Positions 10,733 to 22,099 are shown, counted from the first letter of the stretch. The stretch is DNA of 32,504 bases from Octopus bimaculoides (GCF_001194135.2 NC_069008.1:4054042-4086545), one strand, 5' to 3'. Translations and numbers: made by a program. The notes: a model not told the origin generated them from the letters alone.

Positions 10733-11280
10733 TGAGCCAATGAGGGAAACCTCTACATGTTAAGGTAGACCTGCCAGAAACAGCGGCCAAACTTTCCTGA
10801 ACTCACACCTAACTGTCTCATGTATGAATGTATATGCATATATGAACAAATGAAGGAGACTTCTATATATTAGGCAGACCTGATGGAAATAGTAACCAAA
10901 ACTCCCTCAAATCACACCCTTAACAAAGGAGACATCCCTGATAGAAATAGCAGTCAAAACTCCCTCAAATCACATCCTGTTGTCTTCTGTATGAACAAAT
11001 GAGAAAGACGTCTATATATTGAGTTGATCAGCCAGAGATAGCAGCCAAAACTCCCCCAAATCACACCACACTGTCGTATGTATATATGTACGTGTGTATG
11101 TATGTATGAGCCAATGAGGGAAACTTCTATATGTTAGGGTAGACCTGGTAGAAAAAGCAGCCAAACAACCCTCAAATCATACCCACAGACTTATGTGGGT
11201 ATATATATATGCATTTATGAACCAATGAGTGAGACATCTGTATGTTAGACAGACTTGATAGAAATAGCAGCCATTTCTTG
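10733..11280 (+). repeat. Tandem array (about 6 copies, 110-130 bp) of a dispersed repeat unit
   Basis: Unit atgagccaatgagggagacctcta...gacctg..agaaatagcagccaaa.ctccctcaaatcacacc repeated. Confidence 0.8.
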
Positions 11281-11830
11281 TTTAGCCCTGGGCCAATCCA
11301 GACCTAGCTATGCCCAAGATCAGGGACAATCCATCCATGACCGTTAGCTTGACATTTTACATGCATTTTTTAGTGTGTAGTTTAGACTTCGGTCAGCCCA
11401 GACCTACCACACCCTATGATCACGGACAATCCATGCACGACCATCACTTCATTGGCTCAACATTTCTCATGTATTTTAGCCCTTGGTCAGCCCAGACTTA
11501 TAGGCTCTATGATCAAGGAAAATCCAGCCATGACTATCACATCATTGGATCAACATTTCTCATGTATTTTAGCCCTTGGTCAGCCCCGACCTAGCAGACT
11601 CTATGATTGAGGACACTCCATCCACGACCATCACATCATTGTTTGTACTTTAGCCCTGGACTAGCCTAGACCTAACTGATCCTATGATCAAGGAGAATCC
11701 ACCCACGACCATCACATCATTGGCTCAACATTTTTCATGTATTTTGTAATTTGATTGCAGTTTAACCCATGGCCAGGCCTCACCAAGCAGACCCTGTAAT
11801 CAAGAACAACCTATCCATCATAAGCATAAC
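11281..11830. repeat. Minisatellite, about 90-95 bp unit, 5-6 copies
   Basis: Unit tttagcccttggtcagcccagacct...ctatgatcaagga.aatcca.ccatgaccatcacatcattggctcaacatttctcatgtat. Confidence 0.85.
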
Positions 11831-11888
11831 ATATATTTTTCTTTTTCCATTTTTTTTCTTCTTTTTTTTGTTTCAAAGCAAAGGATAC

Positions 11889-12010
11889 GAAATACGGTTG
11901 TACGTCAAATCGAGCTCATCCAGCCAGTCTCCGTATTTCAGCATGAATTCCATAGGGAGCTCCGATAAATCCTGGTAAGCCAACGAAACCCTGGTATGAG
12001 TCTGGGACAT
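11889..12010 (-). CDS. LRMDA: LRMDA-like exon 1: MSQTHTRVSLAYQDLSELPMEFMLKYGDWLDELDLTYNRI(S)
   Basis: ATG in aaaaccATG context with an in-frame TGA 9 nt upstream. VSLAYQDLSELP...LDELDLTYNRI parallels LRMDA VSYIGQDCREIP...KRLDLSFNLL. Ends at a U12 donor. Confidence 0.92.
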
Positions 12011-12176
12011 GGTTTTTCAGAAGCAACAGAGAAGAAACGGCGACGCACAGACAGACAGACAGAGAAAATACGAGCTGCACAGCATATAAACGAAATTTTA
12101 TAGTATCAAGGGGCAGGGACTGTGAACAGGAATTGAACTCGGGATGATGTAATAGAAAGAAGAACCTGGAGACACG
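12011..12176. promoter_or_regulatory. Putative bidirectional promoter / 5' UTR region
   Basis: 166 bp between two divergent ATGs, repeat-poor and CpG-containing; TATA-like catataaa near 12083. Confidence 0.5.
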
Positions 12177-12218
12177 ATGATCGGTTTTATCGTGTTGAGC
12201 CTGTTCGTTACTGTGAAG
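12177..12218 (+). CDS. Putative secreted helical protein, exon 1 (signal peptide MIGFIVLSLFVTVK)
   Basis: ATG, hydrophobic run, donor AAG|gtattg, phase 0. Confidence 0.55.
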
Positions 12219-12224
12219 GTATTG

Positions 12225-12890
12225 ACCAGTTGTGCAGTGCAATGCCAATTAGAGACTGTGACCACACTGATTGATCAAAGGTCAATAAATATACTCTGTG
12301 GTCATGTGGTCACCACTTGGTCAATTTATACTATTGTCCTGTTGTGTGGACACACCACCTGGACACTGTAAATATATCCTGTAGTTGTGTGGTCAAATTG
12401 TTCGGACACTGTCAATATATTGTATAGTTGTGCGGTCACACTGCTTGGTCAATGGCTGATAAATATACTCTATGGTTGTGTGGTCACCACTTGGTCAATG
12501 TATATCGTCCAGTTGTGTGGACATACCACCTGGTCACTATAAATATATCCTGAAGTTGTGTGGGCAAATTGCTTGGACACAGTAAATATATTGTCCAGTT
12601 GTGTGATTACACCTCTTGATCACTATAAATATATCCTCTTATCGTGTGGTCACCACTTGGTCAATGTAAAATATTATCCAGTTGTGTGGTCACATCACCT
12701 GCCTGTAAATATATCCAATAGCTGCGCAGTCACCCTCACTTGGTCAACGTAAATATATTGACCACTTGTGTGGTTAAACTTGTTGGTCACTGGTAATGTA
12801 CTGTGTGGTTATGTAAACCCAACTGGACACCTCCAATATGCTGGCCAGTTGTATAGTCCACTCAGACACCACAAAATGTATTGAACAATT
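12225..12890. repeat. Degenerate minisatellite, about 39-41 bp unit, about 15 copies
   Basis: Consensus ccagttgtgtggtcaccacttggtcaatgtaaatatatt. Confidence 0.85.
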
Positions 12891-13017
12891 GGTCAAGACA
12901 GCTCTCTGTATATGAAGAGAAAAAAAAGTATGAGAAATTAATAAATATCAAAATAAATGAATACGATGATAATAATAATAATAATAATAATGATAATAAT
13001 AATAATAATAATAATAA

Positions 13018-13200
13018 TTTTCTTATGGTTTCTTAAACATTCTCTAGAACAATACTATGTGCAAAGCCAAATATATGGTACCCTAGGCATAACACCAACA
13101 TGAACTTCTAACTTGTTGTATCTTGAGGTCTCTCGGTGAGATTTGGAGCCAACTTGTACAAATGCAAAGCAAAAGTCAAACATATAATAATAATAATAAT
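13018..13200 (+). mobile_element. Probable 3' UTR of an R4/Dong-like LINE ending in (AAT)n
   Basis: Embedded between (AAT)n tracts; ends ...gagccaacttgtacaaatgcaaagcaaaagtcaaacata(taa)n; assignment from recall. Confidence 0.5.
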
Positions 13201-13203
13201 CTG

Positions 13204-13397
13204 ACTAATAAGCCAGATATAATTGTCAGAGATCACCAAGGAAAAAATGATTTCTAATCAATGTATCAATACCAACAGGTGACAACATTTCTCTAAAAGA
13301 AACAGAGAAACTTTCAAAATACAAAGATCTGGAAATAGAAGTAACTCGAATGTGGAACCTAAAAACAGAAACAATTCCTATTATAGTAGGTGCATTT
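13204..13397 (+). pseudogene. Non-LTR retrotransposon fragment, restriction-like endonuclease domain (R4/Dong-like)
   Basis: Frameshifted translation NKPDIIVRDHQ..FLINVSIPTGDNISLKETEKLSKYKDLEIEVTRMWNLKTETIPIIVGA (PD..D..EK..KY motif). Confidence 0.85.
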
Positions 13398-13460
13398 TGG
13401 AGGGGGGGGGCTAGTCGATTAGATCAACCCCAGTGTGTAACTGGTACTTATTTCATTGAT

Positions 13461-13783
13461 TCACCAGATTTAGCACCTTCAGACTAGCATCTCTTCGGCC
13501 CCATGAAAGAGGGTTTGAGAGGCAAACATTGTTCCAGTGATGAGGAAGTGAAAACTGTAGTGAAGCAGTGGCTCAAAGAACAGTCAACAGAATTATGCAG
13601 GGCAGGGATACATGCTCCCATTCTAAGGTGGAACATTGCTATTGAGAGAAATGGTGGCTATGTTGAGAAGTAGGGATGTGATCCACAGAGGACCAGCTTC
13701 ATTTTGATGTATGATACATGTTCCTGTGTTGGTAATTATACCTGTCCTAAAACAAAATGGCATTACTTTTTGACTCACCCTCG
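13461..13783 (+). mobile_element. Mariner 3' fragment (transposase C-terminus 13461-13673 plus TIR)
   Basis: SPDLAPSD*HLFGPMKEGLRGKHCSSDEEVKTVVKQWLKEQ...RWNIAIERNGGYVEK* (YSPDLAPSD motif, premature stop); TIR cattactttttgactcaccctcg|TA. Confidence 0.92.
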
Positions 13784-14016
13784 TATATATATATATATAT
13801 ATNNNNNNNNNNNNNNNNNNNNNNNNNNNNNNNNNNNNNNNNNNNNNNNNNNNNNNNNNNNNNNNNNNNNNNNNNNNNNNNNNNNNNNNNNNNNNNNNNN
13901 NNNNNNNNNNNNNNNNNNNNNNNNNNNNNNNNNNNNNNNNNNNNNNNNNNNNNCTTTTAAGAAGATACCAGTTATCATTAAGATTTGATTACGATAGGTT
14001 GTCATTGAGATTACAG

Positions 14017-14077
14017 AAAATGACTTCCATGCCAAATTCCAAAAGTGACAGGAATGCTGGAACCAATGTAATGCTGC
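14017..14077 (+). CDS. Putative secreted protein exon 2: KMTSMPNSKSDRNAGTNVML
   Basis: Acceptor gagattacag|, donor C|gtaagt, phase 0 to 1. Start uncertain (another AG at 13997; N gap upstream). Confidence 0.45.
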
Positions 14078-14334
14078 GTAAGTTGACTATTTCGAAGGAA
14101 ATGGTGTTAAAACTTAGGTAAATAAGGCGCAGGTATGGCTGTGTGGTAAGAAGCTTGCTTCCCAACCACATGGTTCTGAATGACATTGTCGGGTAGGCTT
14201 GAGAGGCCAGATCTGATCACCTTGAACATAAAACAGGTGGAATATTTAGACTGGATATGGCTAATTTAAATGCTAAAGGGTTAAAGTGAAGAAGAGTTAC
14301 ACACTATCAAACTCACTCTTTTGTCCATGATCCT

Positions 14335-14505
14335 CTTCAATCCAGTGGCAAGACCAGGTCAAGACAAATTAGGATGGCGACAGATGCAGTGAATGACCAA
14401 GATGTCTTGCTTACCTCCTTTTGTTCTCTGAACTTCACAATGTATTGTTCCAGCTATGAAGGTTTCTTCTACAGAGTCCACTGGGTCCAGCCACACATAC
14501 ATATA
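14335..14505 (-). mobile_element. Probable LINE (RTE-like) 3' end remnant; similar copy at about 15065-15235
   Basis: Both share ccagtggcaagaccaggtcaaga...acagatgcagtg...aagatgtctt; heavily decayed. Confidence 0.4.
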
Positions 14506-14526
14506 CACATCCACATGTACATACAT

Positions 14527-14913
14527 GTTGTTGTTGGCACTCCGTCGCTTACAACGTCGAAGGTTCCAGTTGATCTGATCAACGGAACAGCCTGCTCGTG
14601 AAATTAACGTGCAAGTGGCTGAGCACTCCACAGACACGTGTACCCTTAACGTAGTTCTCGGGGATATTCAGCGTGACACAGAGTGTGACAAGGCTGACCC
14701 TTTGAATTACAGGCACAACAGAAACAGGAAGTAAGAGTGAGAGAAAGTTGTGGTGGAAGAGTACAGCAGGGTTCGCCACCATCCCCTGCCGGAGCTTCGT
14801 GGAGCTTTAGGTGTTTTCGCTCAATAAACACTCACAACGCGCGGTCTGGGAATCGAAACCGCGATCCTATGACTGCGAGACTGCTGCCCCAACCACTGGG
14901 CCATTGCGCTTCC
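14527..14913 (-). mobile_element. tRNA(Arg)-like-headed SINE family B, full length
   Basis: Head ggaagcgcaatggcccagtggttggggcag...ggtttcgattcccagacc, tail gtgccaacaacaac; near-identical to 31531-31892. Confidence 0.9.
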
Positions 14914-15869
14914 ACTGTACGTACATACATACATACATACAATACATCGTGTTCATCTACTGGAATGACATGGATCATCTAGTAATGCTTAAGGAGTGAT
15001 GACTTACCTGATCACTTTGTTTAAGGTGAAGAAAATCTGAGCACCTTCAGCCTCACTGCTTCGTCCATGACCCCTTTCAGTCCAGTGGCAAGACCAGGTC
15101 AAGATAACTGGGGGATGGAGACAGATGCAGTGGACGAAGAAGATGTCTTACTTGTGCTTCGTCTTGCTCGGCACTTCACAGCAAACTTCCCCTCTGTTGA
15201 ACCATCAAGATTTCTACTGCAGACTCTGTCTGATCAAGCACAGGTAGGCAGGCCTTAATATGCTTAATTAACGAATACCTGGAACCCTGGCAGGTGCTGC
15301 TATTCTGGGTCAGACTAAACCTGAGAATAACAGAGACTAAGAGATGCTTCCACACTCCTTGAAACCCTGAAATCTAAAGCCATGCCCAGATATAGTGTAT
15401 CTAGGAATACATTATCCAATGCACCCTTCGTTTTTATCCTTTAATACAATGGGTTTTGGTTCGAGGGAGATTTGACTGTTATTTCTAGCAAGTCAAGTAA
15501 CCACATACAGATTTCTATGTCGGCTCATCAAGACGTGGACATATGTGTATATGTATGCTTGTAAGTAAGTATGTATGTAAGTATGTATGTATGTATACAT
15601 GTATTGTGTCTGCATAATAGTTATTGGCATTCCAACAACAAAAACACACACACACACACATACTTACATCCCACATACCTATGCATCAAAGGGAGAGAAA
15701 AAGAGAGTGTGTATGTGAGAGAAGTGGGGGAGACAAAGAGAAAGTAGGTGTCAGTATATATACATGTATGTATGTATATATATATATATACATATATATA
15801 TACACACATATATTGGACATATCATTGTACGTGACACAGATAAGTAGTCAGTTATGTACGTAGGTAGGA

Positions 15870-15900
<31 letters not shown>

Positions 15901-16031
15901 TAGATAGATAGATAGATACTCTTTACTCTTTTAGATAGATAGAATCACACACATATACGATATATATATATCTGTACGTAATGTGTATATATATATATAC
16001 ATGTATGCATGTATGTATGTAAGTATGTATG

Positions 16032-16062
<31 letters not shown>

Positions 16063-16077
16063 ATGTGTGTGTGTGTT

Positions 16078-16119
<42 letters not shown>

Positions 16120-16229
16120 TATCGCCAATGTGTCATATCTGACAAAGAAACACACTCATAGAGTACAAACATACAAAAATACATACATATATACATGCAT
16201 ACATACATACATAAGATGGTAGAGTGTAA

Positions 16230-17160
16230 TTTGAGAGGGATATTGCTACAATTACTAGCTAGTGTGTAGAGGTTTCTTTCATTTTCTTCATATTACATAC
16301 ATATATACATAGAAACAAATACACACACACACACACACACACGAATACTTAAAGGCAGGTGGCTGTGATTTGAGGGAGTTTTGGGTGCTACTTCTTCCAG
16401 TTCTAGGTACCATGTAGAAGTTTCCTTCATTAATTCACACGTACATATATAATATAGTGGAGTGTGCGATTTGAGGTAGATTTGGCTGCTATTTCTTTCA
16501 TGTCTAGCTACCATGTAGAGGTCTCCCTCAGTAGCTTATATATATGTATATATATATATTCTTTTGTTTCAGTCATTTGACTGCGGCCATGGTGGAGCAT
16601 CACCTTTAGTCGAACAAATCCACTCCAGGACTTATTCTTTGTAATCCTAGTACTTATTCTATCGGTCCATTTTGCCTAACTGCTAGATTACAGGAATGTA
16701 ATCACACCAACATCGGTGTCAAGTGACGTTGGAGGGACAAACACACACATACATATACGATGGGCTTCTTTCAGTTTCCGCCAACCAAATCCACTCACAA
16801 GACTTTGGTCGGCCCTAGACTATCATAGAAGACACTTGCCCAAGGTGACATGCAGTGGGACTGAACAAAGAATCATTTGGTTGGGAAGCAAGCGTCTTAT
16901 CACACAGCCACACACACAAGCGGGTGTGCTTTGAAGTAGACGCCAGGTAGAGATTTCCTTCATTGGCTCATGGATACATACATCAGACTGTAGTGTGCGA
17001 TTTGAGGTAGATTTGGCTGCTATTTCTACAAGTTCGAGCTACAATATCGCTCGTTGCCTCATACGCATATGCATACATAAGACAGTTGGATGTGATCTGA
17101 GAGCGATTTGGTTACTATTTCTACTAAAGTCCATAAACCATGTAGAGGTCTCCCTCACTG
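16230..17160 (-). repeat. Reverse-oriented copies of the 10733-11280 unit, with an inserted SINE A at about 16560-16912
   Basis: Repeated gtgtgatttgagg.agatttggctgctatttcta...catgtagaggtctcc. Confidence 0.7.
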
Positions 17161-18367
17161 GCGCATATATATACATATATATACATACATATATATATAT
17201 ATACATACATATATATATATATACATACATATATATATATATACATACATATATATATATATACATACATATATATATATATACATACATATATATATAT
17301 ATACATACATANNNNNNNNNNNNNNNNNNNNNNNNNNNNNNNNNNNNNNNNNNNNNNNNNNNNNNNNNNNNNNNNNNNNNNNNNNNNNNNNNNNNNNNNN
17401 NNNNNNNNNNNNNNNNNNNNNNNNNNNNNNNNNNNNNNNNNNNNNNNNNNNNNNNNNNNNNNNNNNNNNNNNNNNNNNNNNNNNNNNNNNNNNNNNNNNN
17501 NNNNNNNNNNNNNNNNNNNNNNNNNNNNNNNNNNNNNNNNNNNNNNNNNNNNNNNNNNNNNNNNNNNNNNNNNNNNNNNNNNNNNNNNNNNNNNNNNNNN
17601 NNNNNNNNNNNNNNNNNNNNNNNNNNNNNNNNNNNNNNNNNNNNNNNNNNNNNNNNNNNNNNNNNNNNNNNNNNNNNNNNNNNNNNNNNNNNNNNNNNNN
17701 NNNNNNNNNNNNNNNNNNNNNNNNNNNNNNNNNNNNNNNNNNNNNNNNNNNNNNNNNNNNNNNNNNNNNNNNNNNNNNNNNNNNNNNNNNNNNNNNNNNN
17801 NNNNNNNNNNNNNNNNNNNNNNNNNNNNNNNNNNNNNNNNNNNNNNNNNNNNNNNNNNNNNNNNNNNNNNNNNNNNNNNNNNNNNNNNNNNNNNNNNNNN
17901 NNNNNNNNNNNNNNNNNNNNNNNNNNNNNNNNNNNNNNNNNNNNNNNNNNNNNNNNNNNNNNNNNNNNNNNNNNNNNNNNNNNNNNNNNNNNNNNNNNNN
18001 NNNNNNNNNNNNNNNNNNNNNNNNNNNNNNNNNNNNNNNNNNNNNNNNNNNNNNNNNNNNNNNNNNNNNNNNNNNNNNNNNNNNNNNNNNNNNNNNNNNN
18101 NNNNNNNNNNNNNNNNNNNNNNNNNNNNNNNNNNNNNNNNNNNNNNNNNNNNNNNNNNNNNNNNNNNNNNNNNNNNNNNNNNNNTATATATATATATAGA
18201 TGAAGGAAATGTTCTCCATGTGGCCTGTGTGTTTTCTGTATTCCGTTTATCAATTTGTCCACGTTTTTTTGCTACGTCCTGTACCCAGATATGCATCTAT
18301 ATATACATGTAGATGTAGGTATGTACATACATGTACGTATATACGCATATACTCATATATTATTTGG

Positions 18368-18410
<43 letters not shown>

Positions 18411-18419
18411 CAGTAAGGT

Positions 18420-18660
18420 GTGATTTGAGGGCGATTAAACTGCTATTTCTAACAGATCTATCTACCACATTGAGGTCTCCCGCATTGGCTCTTACATACA
18501 TACATTAGACAGTGGGATGTGATTTGAGGGCGGTTTGGTAGCTATTTCTACCAAGTCAATCAACCATGTAGCGGTCTCCTTCATTAGCTCACACACACAC
18601 ACACACACACACACAGAAGACAGTTCGATGTGATTTGAGGGAAAGACTTGGCTACTATTT
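18420..18660 (-). repeat. Three further reverse copies of the same unit
   Basis: tgtgatttgaggg...gctatttcta repeated at about 18420, 18518 and 18628. Confidence 0.7.
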
Positions 18661-18778
18661 TTTTGCCATGACTAGTTAGTATTTTACACGTCAAAGTCCT
18701 TTCTCCGTCCCAACGTGACCACCACCACCATAGCGAAAGAAAGGTGAAACAAATATCAAAGTTTGTTATTTTAACCAG

Positions 18779-18849
18779 AGCAAACAAGAGAAAAGGCGGA
18801 AGACTTACATGAGAGGCTGTTGTTTCATGTGACATCTTTAGCAGTCATG
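18779..18849 (+). CDS. Putative secreted protein exon 3: (Q)QTREKAEDLHERLLFHVTSLAVM
   Basis: Acceptor tttgttattttaaccag|, donor ATG|gtacgt; the only open frame is phase 1 to 0, matching neighbours; amphipathic helix pattern. Confidence 0.6.
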
Positions 18850-19485
18850 GTACGTTTTGCTGTGCTCTGTGGGTGTCGAAGTTGATAAAATTCGGTGGAC
18901 GTAATAATAAAATAATAATAATATGATAAAAAGAAAAAAAAAGGGGAAAATGTAAAATGGGAGAAGAAAAAAAAATGAACAAATTAAGAGAACGACCGAA
19001 CTGTCAACTTGCCAACCAGCCCGACAATTAATGAACGAAACGACCAGCCGACTAACCAGCCAGGTAGTGAGACACCACTGACTAATTATAGGGGGAGGGA
19101 GAGAAGGGGAGAGATATAGAGATAGTGAAAGAGAGAGGGGGAAAAGTGAGAGGAGAAAGAGAGAGAATAAAAGAAAGAGGGAGAGAAAGATAGGGGAGAG
19201 GGATGTGTGTGTGTTTGTGTATTACACTTGTGGGTGTTAGTGAGATTTCATTGACGATGTGCATGTGTGTGTGTGTGTGTGTGTGGGTGTGTGCGTATGT
19301 ATGTGTATATTTGTGAGTGCGTATATGTGTGAGTGTGCGCGCGCGTTGTGTGTGTGTGTGTGTGTGCGAGTGTGTACGTGCGTGCGTGTGTTTGTGTGTG
19401 CATGAGTGTGTACGGGCCTGCGTGTATGTATGCGTGTGTGTGTGTGTGTGTGTGTTTATGATGTATTATGCTTATGGAATTTGAA

Positions 19486-19561
19486 CTCAGAACGCAGTGG
19501 CAGACGAAATACCGCTAAGCATTTCACCCGACGTGCTAACGATTCTGCCACCTCGCCGCCT

Positions 19562-19601
<40 letters not shown>

Positions 19602-19833
19602 TGATGATGATGATGATAATCTTTTCTCCTGTAGGCACAAAGCCTGAAATTTGGGGGGAAGGGGTAAGTTGATTACATCGACCCCAGTACGCAACTGGTA
19701 CTTAATTTATTGACCCTGAAAGGATGAAAGGCAAAGTTGACCTCGGCGGAATTTGAACTCAGAACATAAAGACAGAGGAAATACCACTAAGCATTTTGCC
19801 CGACGTGCTAACGTTCTGCCAGCTCACTGCCTT
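19486..19833 (-). mobile_element. Two tandem copies of tRNA-derived SINE family C
   Basis: Head ggcggcgag.tggcagaatcgttagcacgtcggg.gaaatgcttag, body gcctttcatcctttc.gggtc.ataaattaagtaccagtt. Confidence 0.85.
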
Positions 19834-19876
19834 AACAACAACAATATTAACATACTGGAAGAAAGATTCCGACCAG

Positions 19877-19957
19877 AGTTTATGGCTAGCTATTGATACG
19901 ACATACAGTTTGCCCAATATAACTGGAGACAGTTGTGCAACATTCATGGCGACGGAA
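19877..19957 (+). CDS. Putative secreted protein exon 4: SLWLAIDTTYSLPNITGDSCATFMATE
   Basis: Donor GAA|gttagt, phase 0 to 0, N-glycosylation sequon NIT. Acceptor (gattccgaccag|) is weak and could lie at 19862. Confidence 0.45.
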
Positions 19958-20249
19958 GTTAGTGTCCCCTTTAAAAAACATTAGCATTGGGCTCAATTCA
20001 CTTGATTGAAAATTCTTCTAGGTGGTGCCCCAGCATGGCCACAGTCTAATGACAAGTAAAAGATAAAGGACAAACGATATATAATGTGACAGGGATAATC
20101 TCCATCTGCGCACGTGTGTGTGTGTGTGATTATGTATTACATTGCTTGGAAACAGGTGAGGATTTGAACAGGAAGGATATCCCACTGTAGAAAATTTGCC
20201 CCAATGAATTTTATTTCACCCTTACAATTAACGAAATTTAAACATTAAA

Positions 20250-20495
20250 ACAATGACCCATCATCTCTGCCCACTACTCCTGGAAGGGTCATGGTGGTAG
20301 AATCTTCAGCGACCTCCTCAGACCTTCCTGTCAGAAGCAATCGTCATTACACTTTCCCCGATGAATTCCCAAGGATGGCCAACAGAAACTATGGATATTT
20401 CCCAACAAGCTTGTTCTTCCTCTGCTCCTAGGTTTCTAGCCAGCAGTTTGGGGTAGAGTCTTTTGGTAGCTCCTCCACAGGGTCCTATCAGAACC
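20250..20495 (-). pseudogene. RTE-clade (Expander/Rex3-like) LINE 3' end
   Basis: Decayed minus-strand translation ..RGRTSLLGNIHSFCWPSLGI..VMTIASDRKV.RRSLKILPP, like the Rex3 C-terminal W..L..LLPPRP. Confidence 0.65.
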
Positions 20496-20896
20496 CACCA
20501 TCACCATTAACGCCACCATCACCAACATCATCCCCATCGTCATCACCACCTTCGCCATCACCAACATCATTATGACCACCATCACCAAATCGACTTCAGC
20601 TGCCCCCCCCCCCATCATTACCACCACATGAATCACTAACACTACCATCATCACCACCGATCCCTGCTCCACTCAACAACCCCCCCCCACCACTACCGTA
20701 AATAACCCTCTTCCCTGCTCCATCCCTGAGGCACATGTCAACAGTAAAACAGCTGGGAGGAGCTTAATTCCTTTCAAGCAGGGCATGTGATGACCCAACT
20801 GTCATATGCCTGTGCACACACACACACACACAACCACAATTACACACACACACATGAACACGTGCACATAGACATAGACACACTCTCACAAACATT

Positions 20897-20897
20897 C

Positions 20898-20938
<41 letters not shown>

Positions 20939-21140
20939 TTTATATATATGTATGTGCGTATATATAAATATGTATATATTATATACATATTTATGTTTAT
21001 ACATATATTTATATTTATACATATATTTATATTTATATATGTGTGTGTGTGTATGCATATATATATACACACACATATATATATGTATATGTTTATACAT
21101 ATATTTATATATATATATATGTATGTGTGTGTATGCATAA

Positions 21141-21216
<76 letters not shown>

Positions 21217-21300
21217 TCATATATGTATATATATGTGTGTGTGTGTCTGTATATGTATATATTTATATATGGCTAGATAGATATAGATAGATCTATACAC
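20897..21300. repeat. Long AT-rich compound microsatellite
   Basis: Direct inspection. Confidence 0.95.
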
Positions 21301-21608
21301 AGACACAAATGTGCATATGTAAGCACACATCAAATGCATGCTCATATACACACACAAAAATGCACACTTTACACACTATCATGGACTCACACTCCCATAT
21401 GTAAATCTATATATATATACACACACACACACATAATTACCCACTGACCCACAAAGACACACACACACACAAACATTCACATATTTCTCCCCTCCATTTT
21501 CTACACAACTGCTTAGATTTAATATGTAGGTGTTGAACAATGGAGACTGAAATTATAATCTCATTATATTTATGTATACACATAAATATATGCACACATA
21601 TATATATA

Positions 21609-21738
21609 GGCACAGTAGTGGCTGTGTGGTAAGAAGCTTACTTCCCAACCACATAGTTCCAGGGTAAGTGTCTACCGATATAGCCTGGGTTGACCAAAGC
21701 CTTGTGAGTGGATTTGGTAGATGGAAGCTGAAAGAAGC

Positions 21739-21798
<60 letters not shown>

Positions 21799-22092
21799 CA
21801 TTTGTTATTTGTGTCTGTGTTTGCCCTGTTCACCATCGCTTGACAACTTATGTTGGTGTGTTTACGTCCCTGTCACTTAGCAGTCCAGCAAAAGGAGACC
21901 AGTAGAGCAAGTACTGGGCTTACAAAGAATAAGTCCTGCAGTCGATTTGTTTGACTAAAGTCTACCAAATCCACTCACAAGGCTTTGGTCAGCCCGAAGC
22001 TATAGTAGAAGACACTTTGCCCAAGGTGCCACACAGTGGGACTGAACCGAGAACCATGTGGTTGGCAAACTACTTACCACACAGCCACTCCT
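21609..22092. mobile_element. SINE A (+, 21609-21960) abutting an inverted SINE A 5' part (-, 21961-22092)
   Basis: Same head and body as 4180-4319 in both orientations. Confidence 0.85.
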
Positions 22093-22099
22093 GGACCTT

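Larger units (their letters stand above)
4760..11888 (-). other. U12-type (minor spliceosome) intron with GT-AT termini
   Basis: Donor TC|GTATCCTTT (11888-11880), branch site TTCCTTGAC (4778-4770, branch A 11 nt from the end), 3' end CTTAT. The frame is preserved at this junction. Confidence 0.8.

Noticed and set aside
11281-12890. Regular tandem arrays as a possible CRISPR array
   Set aside because: Units are degenerate along their whole length with no unique spacers; eukaryotic context and no cas genes
13998-14077. Alternative frame VVIEITENDFHAKFQK-UGA-QECWNQCNAA, giving a UxxC selenoprotein-like motif
   Set aside because: Continuing in phase forces another UGA in exon 3, while a fully open frame exists; no SECIS or known selenoprotein similarity was recognised. 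Revisit only if RNA reads use the 13998 acceptor
19831-19853. CCTTAAC followed by ..ttaac| as a second U12 (AC) acceptor
   Set aside because: CCTTAAC arises at a SINE boundary and no upstream ATATCC/GTATCC donor exists in the plus-strand model
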